From positions 2,144,001-2,208,000 of the forward strand of contig CBDCWI010000002.1 of assembly GCA_965223325.1 (NCBI GenBank): a DNA stretch of 64,000 nucleotides, in the 5' to 3' direction. The DNA is from Candidatus Multivoradales bacterium (lineage in GTDB: Bacteria > Acidobacteriota > Thermoanaerobaculia > Multivoradales > Multivoraceae). Both the position numbers and the translations under genes were made by a program. The notes beneath the pieces are model-generated. The model was not told the DNA's origin. It was given only the letters and a program-made list of their open reading frames with translations, and ran no database searches. The first letter of the stretch is position 1. Each line of letters starts with the position of its first letter. Positions 8,639-18,898 of the stretch are shown piece by piece.

Positions 8639-11560
8639 ATGGAATCGCGGGCAGGTCTTCCGGAGCGCCTGGGGCGCTACCAGGTTCTCGGCGTGCTCGG
8701 CAGTGGCGGCATGGGCGATGTGTTGAAGGCGCGCGACCCGCAACTCGGTCGCGAGGTGGCGATAAAACTGATCTCGGCCCAGGCGACGGGGCCGTCGTTC
8801 AGGGAGCGGTTTCGACGCGAGGCACAGACCCTTGCCGGTCTCACACATCCCAACCTCGTGCGGATCTACGACTTCGGCGAGCACGAGGGGCAGCTCTACA
8901 TCGTCACCGAGCTCCTCCAGGGCGAGACGTTGCGCGAGCGTTTGAAGCGCGGACCTCTTCGGGAAGCGGAGGCGCAGCGCACTGCCAGGGAGGCGGCAAG
9001 CGCAATGCAGGCGGCACACGATGCCGGCATCGTGCACCGGGATCTGAAACCCGAGAATCTGTTCCTGAGAGACGATGGCACCCTGGTCGTCATCGATTTC
9101 GGCCTGGCCCGCCCTGTTGACGCCGCGCCGCTGGGCGCTACCGCGGAGCAGGATCCAGAAACCCTGGTCGCGGTGACGAACCCGGGCAGCGTTCTCGGAA
9201 CGCTGGGCTACTTGTCTCCGGAACAGGCTCGCGGCCAGGTCGTCAGCAAGGCGAGCGACGTGTTTTCGCTCGGCTGCGTGCTCTACGAGACCCTGACCGG
9301 TGAGCGTGCGTTTGCCGGTGACTCGCACAGTGCCCTCATCGCAGCAGTGCTCGAGCAGACACCGGCACAGCTCGAAGCAATGCGCGGTAGCAAGCTGGGC
9401 GCTGTGATCGCGGGCTGCCTCGACAAAGATCCACACCAGCGATATGAAGACGGTGGCGCGCTACTCGCCGCCCTGACCGATACTGATTCGTCCGAGTTTC
9501 CCGTAACCCGGTCCCCCGGCATTGCCGCTCTAGCTGCCGGCTTGGCGATCGCCGTCGCCGCCATCGGGTGGGTGTTGTTCGTGCGCATTGCCAAGGACCG
9601 AGAACGCGAGCGCCTGCTCCCGGAGATCGAGGCTGCGATCGAGAACCACGACTACTGGGAGGCGCATGCCCTGCTCGAAGAGGCCACCGGCCACTTCGAA
9701 GAGGCGCAGCTCGAGAGGCTCTGGGCAGACGCCACCTTCGAGGTCGACTGGAGTCCAGAGCCGGCCGGCGCCACGGTTTCCATCAAGCCCTATGGCGCTC
9801 CTGACTCGCAGTTCCGTTTTCTCGGCGAGATGCCCTTCAAGGCACGCATTCCCACTGGCGTGTCCGTCTTTCGCGTCGAGAAGGAAGGTTTCCACACCTG
9901 GAACTGGGCCGCCAAACCCAACGAGTTCGTCTACCGCGGCAATGTGCTGTTGCCACTCGGCAGCCTGCCGGAGGGGACGGTGTTCGCCGGGACCGGCGGG
10001 CACGTAACCCTCTACGGCGTCGAGAATGAGTACAGGACGCACGCTCCCTCAGCAGTTGACGAGGTCGAGGTCACCAACCTGGCCTATCAGGCGTTCCACC
10101 AGTCCAGCGACTTCGACGACCCCACGCTCTGGCCAACAGCGTTCGTTGGCGACGACTGGCCCGAACCTCTCGAGGCATTCCTCGACGCGACGGGAAGACC
10201 AGGCCCAGCGAGCTGGGAGCTCGGCGAACCCGTCGAGGGCTTACTCAACCACCCTGTTAGCGGCGTGAGCTGGTACGAGGCCTACGCCTTCTGCAGATGG
10301 CGCAACCAATCACTCCCGACGCTCTATCATTGGTCAAGCGCCGCATCTCCCAAGCACGCCCGCAACGAACAGGTCGCGCTCAGCAACTACTCGGGCACGG
10401 GCACCCGGGAGGTGCGTGCACGAGAAAACATCGGTGTCACGGGCGCCTACGACATGGCCGGCAACGTGCGTGAGTGGGTCTTGAACTCGCGGGACGGTGA
10501 ACGGTTCATTCTTGGAGGTAGCTACAAAGACCCCGGGTACTCCTTCGTCCTGGCCCAGACCCTCCCTCCTGACGATCGTTCGTTGGAAAACGGCCTTCGA
10601 TGCCTCACGACCCTCGACCCGAGCGAGATCCCGCAGCTCGGTGGCGAGATCACAAGCCGTCCGCGGCAACTCGAATCCGTCGACGAGACGCCGCAGGAAT
10701 TGCTCGACGTCTACCGTGGGCTGGTGAGCACACCGCCACAAGATGCTCAGGTCATCGCCACCCGCACCAACGAAGATGCCGAGCATTGGCGCTGGGAAAC
10801 GGTCGAGATCGAAGAAACCCAGGGGCGCAGCTTCGAGGTCGAACTGTTCTTCCCGACGTCGGAACCTCCGGAAGGCGGTTTCCCTGCCGCCGTCGTTTTT
10901 CCCGGCAACGCCGCCTTTTGGGACAGCGGGACCGCACCCTCCTCCAGGCTCTTCTTGGCAGCGTTCAACGCGCCCGGTTTCGAGTTCCTGCCGCGCGCGG
11001 ACTGGGTCGCCGTACTACCCGTCTTCCGGAGTCTCTACCAGAGCGAGCCCAAGGAGCTGACGTTCCCGCTCAGAGAGGCACGCACGACCTTCGATCACAT
11101 CGTGAGCTGGAACCGCCAGATCTCGCGCGCGCTCGACCTGGTGGAGAGCGACGCTCGAATCAATGCGGACCGCACCGCTTTCCTGGGGTACAGCTTCGGT
11201 GGCGCGTTCACTTCGATGGTGATTCCATTCGAGAACAGGTTTTCGTCGGTGGTGGTCTGGAACGGCGGTATTCCAACGCACTGGAGCTTCATGGTCGACG
11301 ATCCGGAGCGCTCGACCCCCTTCGCGCTCGCTCCAGCCCTCGACCTCGCCCTTGCAAGGTACATCGAAGCGCCGTTCCTGATGATCAACGGTGGTGACGA
11401 TCTGGTCTTTCCCCTGGACCTCAGCCAGCGCCCGCTCTTCGAGAACGTGGGCACTCCCGATGATCAAAAGAAGCACATCGTCTTTGAGGGCATGTCTCAC
11501 TGGCTGCCGCACGCACGCACCATCGGGGAAACCCTGGCCTGGTTTGAGCGCTGGGACTGA
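8639..11560 (+). CDS. Ser/Thr kinase - TM - FGE-sulfatase (SUMF1-like) - alpha/beta hydrolase fusion
   Basis: GSGGMG, VAIK, HRDLKPEN, DFG; EVTN, HPV.GVSWYEA, DMAGNVREW; GYSFGG / DDLVF / SHW. RBS supports ATG 8639. Confidence 0.88.
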   Translation: MESRAGLPERLGRYQVLGVLGSGGMGDVLKARDPQLGREVAIKLISAQATGPSFRERFRREAQTLAGLTHPNLVRIYDFGEHEGQLYIVTELLQGETLRERLKRGPLREAEAQRTAREAASAMQAAHDAGIVHRDLKPENLFLRDDGTLVVIDFGLARPVDAAPLGATAEQDPETLVAVTNPGSVLGTLGYLSPEQARGQVVSKASDVFSLGCVLYETLTGERAFAGDSHSALIAAVLEQTPAQLEAMRGSKLGAVIAGCLDKDPHQRYEDGGALLAALTDTDSSEFPVTRSPGIAALAAGLAIAVAAIGWVLFVRIAKDRERERLLPEIEAAIENHDYWEAHALLEEATGHFEEAQLERLWADATFEVDWSPEPAGATVSIKPYGAPDSQFRFLGEMPFKARIPTGVSVFRVEKEGFHTWNWAAKPNEFVYRGNVLLPLGSLPEGTVFAGTGGHVTLYGVENEYRTHAPSAVDEVEVTNLAYQAFHQSSDFDDPTLWPTAFVGDDWPEPLEAFLDATGRPGPASWELGEPVEGLLNHPVSGVSWYEAYAFCRWRNQSLPTLYHWSSAASPKHARNEQVALSNYSGTGTREVRARENIGVTGAYDMAGNVREWVLNSRDGERFILGGSYKDPGYSFVLAQTLPPDDRSLENGLRCLTTLDPSEIPQLGGEITSRPRQLESVDETPQELLDVYRGLVSTPPQDAQVIATRTNEDAEHWRWETVEIEETQGRSFEVELFFPTSEPPEGGFPAAVVFPGNAAFWDSGTAPSSRLFLAAFNAPGFEFLPRADWVAVLPVFRSLYQSEPKELTFPLREARTTFDHIVSWNRQISRALDLVESDARINADRTAFLGYSFGGAFTSMVIPFENRFSSVVVWNGGIPTHWSFMVDDPERSTPFALAPALDLALARYIEAPFLMINGGDDLVFPLDLSQRPLFENVGTPDDQKKHIVFEGMSHWLPHARTIGETLAWFERWD

Positions 11561-11872
11561 ATAGGGCCAGGCCCGGGCCCAGGCGGGCACGCTGCACCGT
11601 GGACTGGGCGCGGCCTGGACGATCGCCGGCTCCCTACCGGTTCTCAGGGCCGGAGCGCTCCCGAGGGGCATCCCAAGAACTTTGTCCGGTATTTGAAGCG
11701 GGTGTCGTTACCTCTCTTGTGGACGCCGAGTGTTGAGGTGTCCGAATCACTTTCCTATTGGCGCCCGGAGGCCTGCTCGATGTCTCGCCCCACGATCGGC
11801 TCCAGATCAAGGGACAGGGGGAGGATGCGACGATCATCAACCTTTCCGCTGGGCATCCTTTCCTCAAAAGCT

Positions 11873-12163
11873 CTACGGCAGAGTGACGTCTGAGCAAGAC
11901 TTCCCGATCTCTACCGCTACAGATCCAGTCACCGTCACGAATTGCTTCGTCGCAGCGTCGACGAACTCAAAGCGGCCAGAGCTGTTTCGACCTCTGGTGC
12001 GGCCGGTCGATGTCCAACAACGAACCGCTTCCCCGCCTGAGTACAAGACGATTCGAGCCGGATCCCCATAACCAGTGAAGCGTCCCCTGTCCGCGTCGGT
12101 GCACGCGACGACGGACACCAATCCAAGCGTCACGGCGAGCAACAATCCAATCCTGAGTTTCAT
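11873..12163 (-). CDS. Small lipoprotein of unknown function
   Basis: MKLRIGLLLAVTLGLVSVVAC signal ending in a lipobox-like Cys; GAGGG RBS upstream. Confidence 0.75.
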   Translation of the reverse strand: MKLRIGLLLAVTLGLVSVVACTDADRGRFTGYGDPARIVLYSGGEAVRCWTSTGRTRGRNSSGRFEFVDAATKQFVTVTGSVAVEIGKSCSDVTLP

Positions 12164-12779
12164 TGTGAGATTCCCTCGCTTTGTCTTTGATGACATGCTG
12201 CTTTACTACGACGGCCCGTTTCGTTCGGAGCCCTTCTCATTTGCCAACCGGACTACGCACCGAGGTCGCGATTTCTTCGTCATCGAATGATGATGGCCCA
12301 CTAACGCTTGGCTAAACGGTGACCGGGTCGTTCGATCGGGCGCAGTCTCCTCTCACATCATACGGCGGTGCGTGCCGCCTGCATGGGAGGCAATCGCCAA
12401 GACCTGGGCGCGTGAGGCTTCTCGGCGAAGGGCGAAACCAGAGGATAGAGTCGCTGGGCCGGCGGATCGATCCCGGCGAAGCCGAGAGAGTCTTCCGCCG
12501 CAACGAGCCTACCCCACTAGCCGCGCCGCCGGCATCAAGAGAGGCAGTGCAATCATCGTCCGCGGCAGGAGGATCGGCGCGAGATCGCGCAGGGCAAGGG
12601 CAGGCTCGAGCGCGAGATCAAGACGCCAACCTCGGACATGAAATCCAACTGGCAGACAGAGAGCCCGGCGAGAACGAAGCTCGTCGCCTCGCAACTAGAC
12701 ACAATACGCTGCGCTCGCCCGCTGTTGCGACGACTCGCTTGCTTTGGTACCGCGATCGAACTCAGCTACGCTGCCAGCC

Positions 12780-13535
12780 ATGAGTACCGGGTCCCGTGCC
12801 TTCGAAAGGGTCGAAGCCCTCTATGAGGAGCTTGGCGAAAGTCAGGCCCTGTGGGCGGTGATGACCTATCCCGAATACAGAGACGACAAGAACCTGGACG
12901 ACTTTCTCTCCTCTGGCGTCTCTGAGATCGATCTCCAGATGGGCCGCCTGAACCAGCTCGGGTTGAGTGTCCAGCCCGGCAGGTGCCTCGACTTCGGCTG
13001 CGGGGTTGGGCGCCTGAGCAATGCTCTGGCGTCTCACTTCGCGGAGGTCGTGGGGGTCGATGTGTCCTCGACCATGCTCGAGAAGGCCGAACAGATCAAG
13101 ATGAGCGACAACCTCACCTTCGTACTCAACAAGAGCGACAACCTCGACTGCCTGGAACCGGAAACGTTCGACTTCGTGTACAGCAACAAGACGATCCAGC
13201 ACATTGGGTACCCGGCCTCGAAGCACTACATCCAAGGCTTCCTTCGCTGCCTCAAACCAGGCGGCATGGCGGCCTTCCTGGTTCACGACTGCAAGCACAG
13301 AGAAGAAGGCTCCTTGAGCTTCAACCTGACGAAGTGGCACCGAGAAAACGTGCGGCCCTTCTTCAAGAAGCTACGCCGCAAGCCGCCGGTCCACATCCAC
13401 CCGATCTCGTCGAGGAACGTCAAGAGGTTCGTCGAGAGCGCGGGTGGTGGGGTTCTTCACTTCGAAACCGACACCGGCTACACGAAGCGCCGGCGAGGCA
13501 ACCTGCGAACCTGGTACTGGGCGCGCAAGAAGTAG
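12780..13535 (+). CDS. Class I SAM-dependent methyltransferase
   Basis: CLDFGCGVGR, GVDVS..ML, FDFVYS and LKPGG motifs. Confidence 0.9.
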   Translation: MSTGSRAFERVEALYEELGESQALWAVMTYPEYRDDKNLDDFLSSGVSEIDLQMGRLNQLGLSVQPGRCLDFGCGVGRLSNALASHFAEVVGVDVSSTMLEKAEQIKMSDNLTFVLNKSDNLDCLEPETFDFVYSNKTIQHIGYPASKHYIQGFLRCLKPGGMAAFLVHDCKHREEGSLSFNLTKWHRENVRPFFKKLRRKPPVHIHPISSRNVKRFVESAGGGVLHFETDTGYTKRRRGNLRTWYWARKK

Positions 13536-13668
13536 GAGGCTCTCTCTCTGAGGCCAAGACAGGCGAGGCGAAGCCACCGCAGTAGACAACAAAGAGCTGG
13601 TACGCCTCGTATGCCAGTCCCAACGAATGGCGCTCGCCGAACGCTGTAGCTCTACCGTTAGTGTCGAC

Positions 13669-13696
13669 TTGACTAGAGTCATTTTGATGCTAGTCT
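13669..13696 (+). promoter_or_regulatory. Sigma70-like promoter (TTGACT-16-TAGTCT, extended TG) overlapped by palindrome GACTAG..TCA-N3-TGA..CTAGTC
   Basis: Read directly; inverted repeat 13671-13695 immediately upstream of padR. Confidence 0.65.
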
Positions 13697-13702
13697 CGGA
13701 AG

Positions 13703-14041
13703 ATGGCGCTTAAGAAGAACGTCTTCGAGATTCTGCTCTCCCTCTTGAGTCGAGAACTCCATGGCTATGCCCTGGTCAAGGCGCTCGAGGCTCAGGGAGG
13801 ATCGAATCTCCTACCAGCGAACCTTTATCGGACGCTGCGTGAGATGGAACGAGCCGGATGGATCGAAGAATCTGGCACCCGGCCTGACCCTGAGATCGAT
13901 GACCAGAGAAGGCGCTACTTTCGAATTACCGATAGCGGTCGGGGGGTAGCCCGCGAGGAGGCACTGCGGCTTGAAGCTCTTCTCAGCCTGGCCCACCACG
14001 AACGCTTGATTCCCAGTCGCACCGTCGGTTGCAAGGACTGA
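13703..14041 (+). CDS. PadR family regulator
   Basis: HGYAL, LYRTL, GWIE and RRRYFRITDSG motifs. Confidence 0.9.
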   Translation: MALKKNVFEILLSLLSRELHGYALVKALEAQGGSNLLPANLYRTLREMERAGWIEESGTRPDPEIDDQRRRYFRITDSGRGVAREEALRLEALLSLAHHERLIPSRTVGCKD

Positions 14042-16794
14042 CGGTGGCGGCGAACAAGACGGCGTGGGAGGCAGTCTTCCGCCGATGCGTCTCTCTGTTG
14101 CCCGGTCACCTCCGGCGCGACCGTGGCGGCGATATCGAGCAACTCTTTCGGGACCAACTCGCTGAGCGCGAACACCGGCCTATCAGGAGGGCGGCCTTTG
14201 CCTTGCGCGCAATCCTCGACGTGCTCATAGTGGCCGGCTCATCCCGGGCACGACGACGACCCGCGCGTGACCGTTCACGTTCCCCGGCGAGCCTCCACGA
14301 CATGGCCTACGAACTCGGCCTGGCGTCGCGGTCGCTCCGGAGAAACCCCGCCTACACCGTGGTAGTCGTCCTGGTGCTGTCGATCGGCACGGGTACCCTG
14401 CTCGCCGCCCTGCTCTTCGGCCACGCTGCGATCCTTCGGCCTCTGGACGGTGTTTCGAACCCTCGAGATCTCGTTCGGGTTCTGATGGTGAGAGACCCAA
14501 AGAGCCACATGCCCAAAAAAATAGTCGACGCAATCTCCTATCCGGATTTCCTCGACTTTCGCCGACGGGCACGTGCGGTACCAGAGCTGGCGGGCTACTC
14601 AGTGCGTGACATGAGCGTGCGCTCCAACGGCTCGGGCGATGCCCTGCCAAGGCTGGTCACCGGAGCTGTCGTCTCGGAGAACTACTTCTCGGTGCTAGGC
14701 GTTCGATTCTCCATGGGAAGAATGTTCCGCGAAGGAGGCAACGATCTCGCGGCACCTTTCGAAGTCGTGATCGGCCATCACACCTGGCAGGACGTGCTGG
14801 ACGGGCGCAGCGATGTGCTCGGATCGAGTTTGCGACTCAATGGGGAGGACTTCACTGTCGTAGGCGTCATTGCTGACGACTTCCGCGGTCTAGATCCTGA
14901 CCCGAAACGCGACGAACAGGTGTGGGCGGCGCTTGCGCATCAACCACTCCTGGCTCCGGCCTGGAGGCGTCCCTACAGCTGGCTCGACGATCGCAACACC
15001 GATTGGGTCCAAGCGATCGGACGACTCACGCCGGCGGGCAGTTTCGAGGAGGCTCGCGTCGAGTTCCAGACCCTCGGTGCAGCGAGCCTCGCGGAACACA
15101 CCGAGCACCATGACGCCCGGGTGGCTTTCGATCTCGTGCGAACGGCCAAGCCCTTCGAGCTTCACCCAAGCCAACAGCCAAAGCTCAGGAAGACCTTCCG
15201 ACTCCTGGCCATGGCTTGCTTCCTCTTACTCGTTGTAGGCATCACCGCGGCCGCGGGCATGGCAATGGCCAGAGCAGCCGCTCGAAACGACGAACTTGGC
15301 ATACGAGCCGCACTGGGTGCTGACTCGGCACAGATCGTACGGCCGTTGTTTGCCGAGGCGGTGATCCTCGCCGCCCCCGTCAGCCTGTTCGGCACCGCAC
15401 TCGGTCTGCTTGGTTGTCACCTGCTTCCCGCAGCGATCTTTCGGCCGGCACCTGGTGCCAGAGATCTTCTGCCAGGCGTGCAGGAGCTTCTCCTGCCGGG
15501 AATTGGGTTGGGACTCGCCCTCGGGGTCTTCTCGGTCTCGGCCTGCTGTTTCGGCCCCATCGTGCAGGCGGTTCTCTTTCGCCGGCAGGCTCTGGCTAAA
15601 CAGCGCCTGCAACTGGCCGTACCTCGAACGCGTGTCCGAAGTGGTTTGGTGGTGGCACAGGTTGCGCTCACAACCATCCTCCTCATGTGTGCCGGGCTGT
15701 TGTCGCAGAGTATTGAGAAGATGTCGAAGGTCGATCTCGGCTTCCTCCCAGACGGTCTCCTGGTCGCCCGTTTCGACTTGCGCCTCACCGGCCACGACGA
15801 GACACAGGCGCGCGTTTTCTTCGATCGACTCGAAGAACGGATCGAAGGACTCCCCGGCGTCGAGTCGGCTACTACGAGTGGCCAGCTGCCTTTTGTGAGT
15901 AGAGCCATGTGCGCGATCGGCTTCAGAGACGACGCACAACCTTCGGGACTTCGACACGACGTTCTCGAATGCGGTCTCGTCGGGCCAAGCCACTTCGAAG
16001 CTCTCGGAATCCCGATCGTCAGCGGGCGCGGCTTCGAAGCGGGAGACTTCAATATCGACCCACCACCAGCCATCGTCAACCAGACCTTCGTCGATACCTA
16101 CGCACCAGGTGCTGACCTCGCGGAACTCAGTCGGCTTGCTTCCTGTCGAGCCGACGACTTCGAGCCGTCGACGATCGTAGGTGTCGTTCGAGATCACCAG
16201 GTGCTCTGGCGACATTCAGAACCGACGCCGCTCTTCTACGAGTTCTTCGACAGCGCCCCGAGTGCCTGGTTCGTCGTACGAACTGACGACGATCCATTGG
16301 CTCTGGTCCCGTCGCTCCGCCAGATGGTCAAGGCGGTCGACCCGGATGTCCCCGTGGTCTCCGCCTTTTCGATGCGCTACGCCGTCGACTCGCTGACCTG
16401 GATGGAGAGGCTTTTGGCCAGATTCGCGACTGTCTTTGGCATGGCTACGTTGCTACTTTCGGCTCTCGGCATCTACGGCCTCGTGGCCTTCTCCGTCGAG
16501 ATGCGACGAAAAGAGATCGGGGTTCGAATGGCCCTGGGTGCAACCCAGTGGCGAGTTCTCGACCTGATCGTGCGTCATGGGGTCGGACTTGCGAGTCTTG
16601 GACTCATCCTCGGGGGTCTGGGAATCGTTCCACTGGCCAGCTCGTTAGACGCCTTCTTGTACGAGATGGAAGCTCTCGACCCAGCGACCTACTTCGCGGT
16701 CGGTCTCACGCTCCTTGCGGCGTCAGGTCTCGCGAACTGGATTCCGGCTCGCCGCGCCACTTCGATCGAGCCAGCACGCGCCCTGCGCGAATGA
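14029..16794 (+). CDS. ADOP-type duplicated ABC permease (MacB/FtsX-like)
   Basis: Two periplasmic-core plus FtsX halves; SYPDF, ELGIRAALGA, EIGVRMALGA and PARRA motifs; start may be GTG 14044. Confidence 0.9.
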   Translation: MQGLTVAANKTAWEAVFRRCVSLLPGHLRRDRGGDIEQLFRDQLAEREHRPIRRAAFALRAILDVLIVAGSSRARRRPARDRSRSPASLHDMAYELGLASRSLRRNPAYTVVVVLVLSIGTGTLLAALLFGHAAILRPLDGVSNPRDLVRVLMVRDPKSHMPKKIVDAISYPDFLDFRRRARAVPELAGYSVRDMSVRSNGSGDALPRLVTGAVVSENYFSVLGVRFSMGRMFREGGNDLAAPFEVVIGHHTWQDVLDGRSDVLGSSLRLNGEDFTVVGVIADDFRGLDPDPKRDEQVWAALAHQPLLAPAWRRPYSWLDDRNTDWVQAIGRLTPAGSFEEARVEFQTLGAASLAEHTEHHDARVAFDLVRTAKPFELHPSQQPKLRKTFRLLAMACFLLLVVGITAAAGMAMARAAARNDELGIRAALGADSAQIVRPLFAEAVILAAPVSLFGTALGLLGCHLLPAAIFRPAPGARDLLPGVQELLLPGIGLGLALGVFSVSACCFGPIVQAVLFRRQALAKQRLQLAVPRTRVRSGLVVAQVALTTILLMCAGLLSQSIEKMSKVDLGFLPDGLLVARFDLRLTGHDETQARVFFDRLEERIEGLPGVESATTSGQLPFVSRAMCAIGFRDDAQPSGLRHDVLECGLVGPSHFEALGIPIVSGRGFEAGDFNIDPPPAIVNQTFVDTYAPGADLAELSRLASCRADDFEPSTIVGVVRDHQVLWRHSEPTPLFYEFFDSAPSAWFVVRTDDDPLALVPSLRQMVKAVDPDVPVVSAFSMRYAVDSLTWMERLLARFATVFGMATLLLSALGIYGLVAFSVEMRRKEIGVRMALGATQWRVLDLIVRHGVGLASLGLILGGLGIVPLASSLDAFLYEMEALDPATYFAVGLTLLAASGLANWIPARRATSIEPARALRE

Positions 16795-16859
16795 TGAGCG
16801 GGCGAAGGCTCGTCATTCTTGGCTCAGCTTGCGCGCCTCGGGCCCGCTACTACCGCGGC

Positions 16860-17905
16860 CTACCAGTCTCGGACACTCCAGCGCCTGGTACTTCCGTTTT
16901 CGAACCCGTCGCCAAACAAGCCGCCGTACTGGTAGGCACCCGCATCAGGGGTGCCGCTTGCAGTCACCCCACGCAGATCCGCTCCGACAAAGTTCGCCGG
17001 CTCGGCATAGTGGCGCGCCGGACTGGCCGCGGTGAGGTCGCCGTTGAAGGTTTCAAGGCTTGCGGCCACAACCAGGGGGTCCACGCACTGATTTCCCGCC
17101 GGGCAATCCCCTTTGGTGGCCCAGATCAAGTTCCTGTTCCAGGTGATCGGGATGCCATGGCCGCTCCAGTACTGGGCATGATGGGCGACGCTCAGGGCAG
17201 AACCAAGAGCACGACAAGGGTCCAGCATGTGAGGAAACTCGTCGTGAACTGAGCATTCGCTGACCAGAGAGCTGCTGTCGACCACCAGGTCGCCCGAAGA
17301 CTTGAGCTGATTCCCCGCGTTGCGCTCAAAGCGCGAACGCTCGACCGTCACCGTGCTTCCCGGCAGCGCGTAGAGAAGGTCGAGTCCGTCCGACGTGTTG
17401 TGATGAATGAAGCTGTCACGAATGATCCAGTTGCCTTGAAACGAGGCGGTGCCAACTCCGTCGCCGTAGCCGCCGTTGGACTGTGCCCAGCAACCGTGGA
17501 TTTCGCCCTGTGGATAGGTTTCGCCGCATCCGTTCCAGCCGATTTCCACGTGATCGAAGAGAATCGTTCCAACGTCTGGGCCGTCACTCACTGAGGAGTC
17601 GAGGTTGAAGCCCGCAAAGCCATTGCCGTTGACCCGCACATCAACGAACGAAAGGTCCCGGTAGGAGTCACCGAAAACGCCATTGTTGGCGAGGCCGTGA
17701 ATGTTGAGATCCACAAAGTTGACGTTGCGCGCCTGCTCGATATCGAGACCGTTCGAGGCCCAGTCACCGTAGGGTGGGCTGCTCCTTGCGCACCGAATCG
17801 CGGGATCGGCATGAAACTCGATGCAGCTCGATCGATCGGTCAGCTCGAGGCACTGTACTTCGACGTTGCTCGAGCCTCGCGTCGAAAGCACCTGCCACGG
17901 CGCGA
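16860..17905 (-). pseudogene. Secreted parallel beta-helix protein, 5'-truncated, with choice-of-anchor-Q-like end and FGDGFE tail
   Basis: HHNTSDGLDLLY, NGFAGFNLD repeats; SPA..DLRG..PDAGAYQY then GLFGDGFENGSTRRWS; no signal peptide. Left of the junction near 17900 (approximate). Confidence 0.65.
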
Positions 17906-18563
17906 TCTCACGCTCTCGAGCCAGGCGACCAGAGCGAGTCTCGGGCGCTGTCAGGCCCGGGTTCGACGGCCCGACCCCTTCCTGGCCAATCTCAGCCTCG
18001 ACTGTATCCACGGACTGAACGACGCAACCACCGTTGCGTTGGAATGGACTGACTCTGGCGCATTCGAGCTCCCGGAAACCGTCACGGCGACGAACCCGTT
18101 TCGAGTGGTCTTCACCGGAAGTGCTGAGGCTGGCATCGGAATCATGACGGGCGAACTGCGGGTCCTCGTCGCGTCGGCGTCCGAGCCGAGTGGTGCTCTG
18201 AGCAGCAGCCCGATCGGCTGCGACCGGAACCAGTTCACGTTGTGCTTGCTTGACGGCCGCTATCGAGCCAGCCTCAGCTTCGACGCAGGTGACGCGCGAG
18301 ATTCAGCGCGAGCCACTACGCTGTCGGCCGACGGCGGCTACTTCTGGTTCTTCCGCCCGGACAATCCAGAGGTGCTCGTCAAGATCCTCGACGGCTGCAA
18401 CATCAACGATCGGCACTGGGTGTTCTTCACCCCTGCTACCGACGTTCCCTTCACCCTCCGAATCGAAGACTCCTGGACTGGTGAATCGGAGCTCTACGAT
18501 TTCGACGGTGCCAGCGCCGAGGCAGTCCGTGACACCCGCGCCTTCGAGTCCTGCGAAGGCTGA
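17900..18563 (+). pseudogene. C-terminal fragment of a secreted protein with the 'LCL..GRY...GYFWFF..NPEVLVK.LDGC' domain
   Basis: Domain recalled from Thermoanaerobaculia-type surface proteins; upstream frame is only the antisense of the neighbouring gene. Confidence 0.6.
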
Positions 18564-18898
18564 CAAACGACCGTGAGGTTCGGGCCGCGGGAGCCATCGA
18601 CTGGCGAAAACGGAACGCCAGGCTCACCACTGCCACCACCAGCAGTGCCAACTCTGATTCAGAAGCCATGCCTCTTCTGAATGCCGCCATCGAAGCCGGA
18701 TGGCGAGCAGCGAACCGAACAAACGGTTCGGGACCAGGGCCCCAACAGGGCAAAGGGGTTTCCTGCTCCCTGCTCACACCTCCTGGGCCCCCTACTTCGC
18801 GGACCCTCTGAGGTTCTTTCAGGCGAATCTGTAACCGATGCAGCGCCAGCCGCTCTATCCCTGGCACACCACCGTCTCACTGGTAGGAGCCACACACG

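Noticed and set aside
9950-10620. FGE/C-lectin domain as a DGR target
   Set aside because: No template repeat or reverse transcriptase in the window; a remote DGR cannot be excluded.
3510-17905. Invertible segment bounded by the two truncation junctions
   Set aside because: All four pieces are 3' halves of unrelated genes, so flipping restores nothing. No terminal inverted repeats or recombinase were seen.
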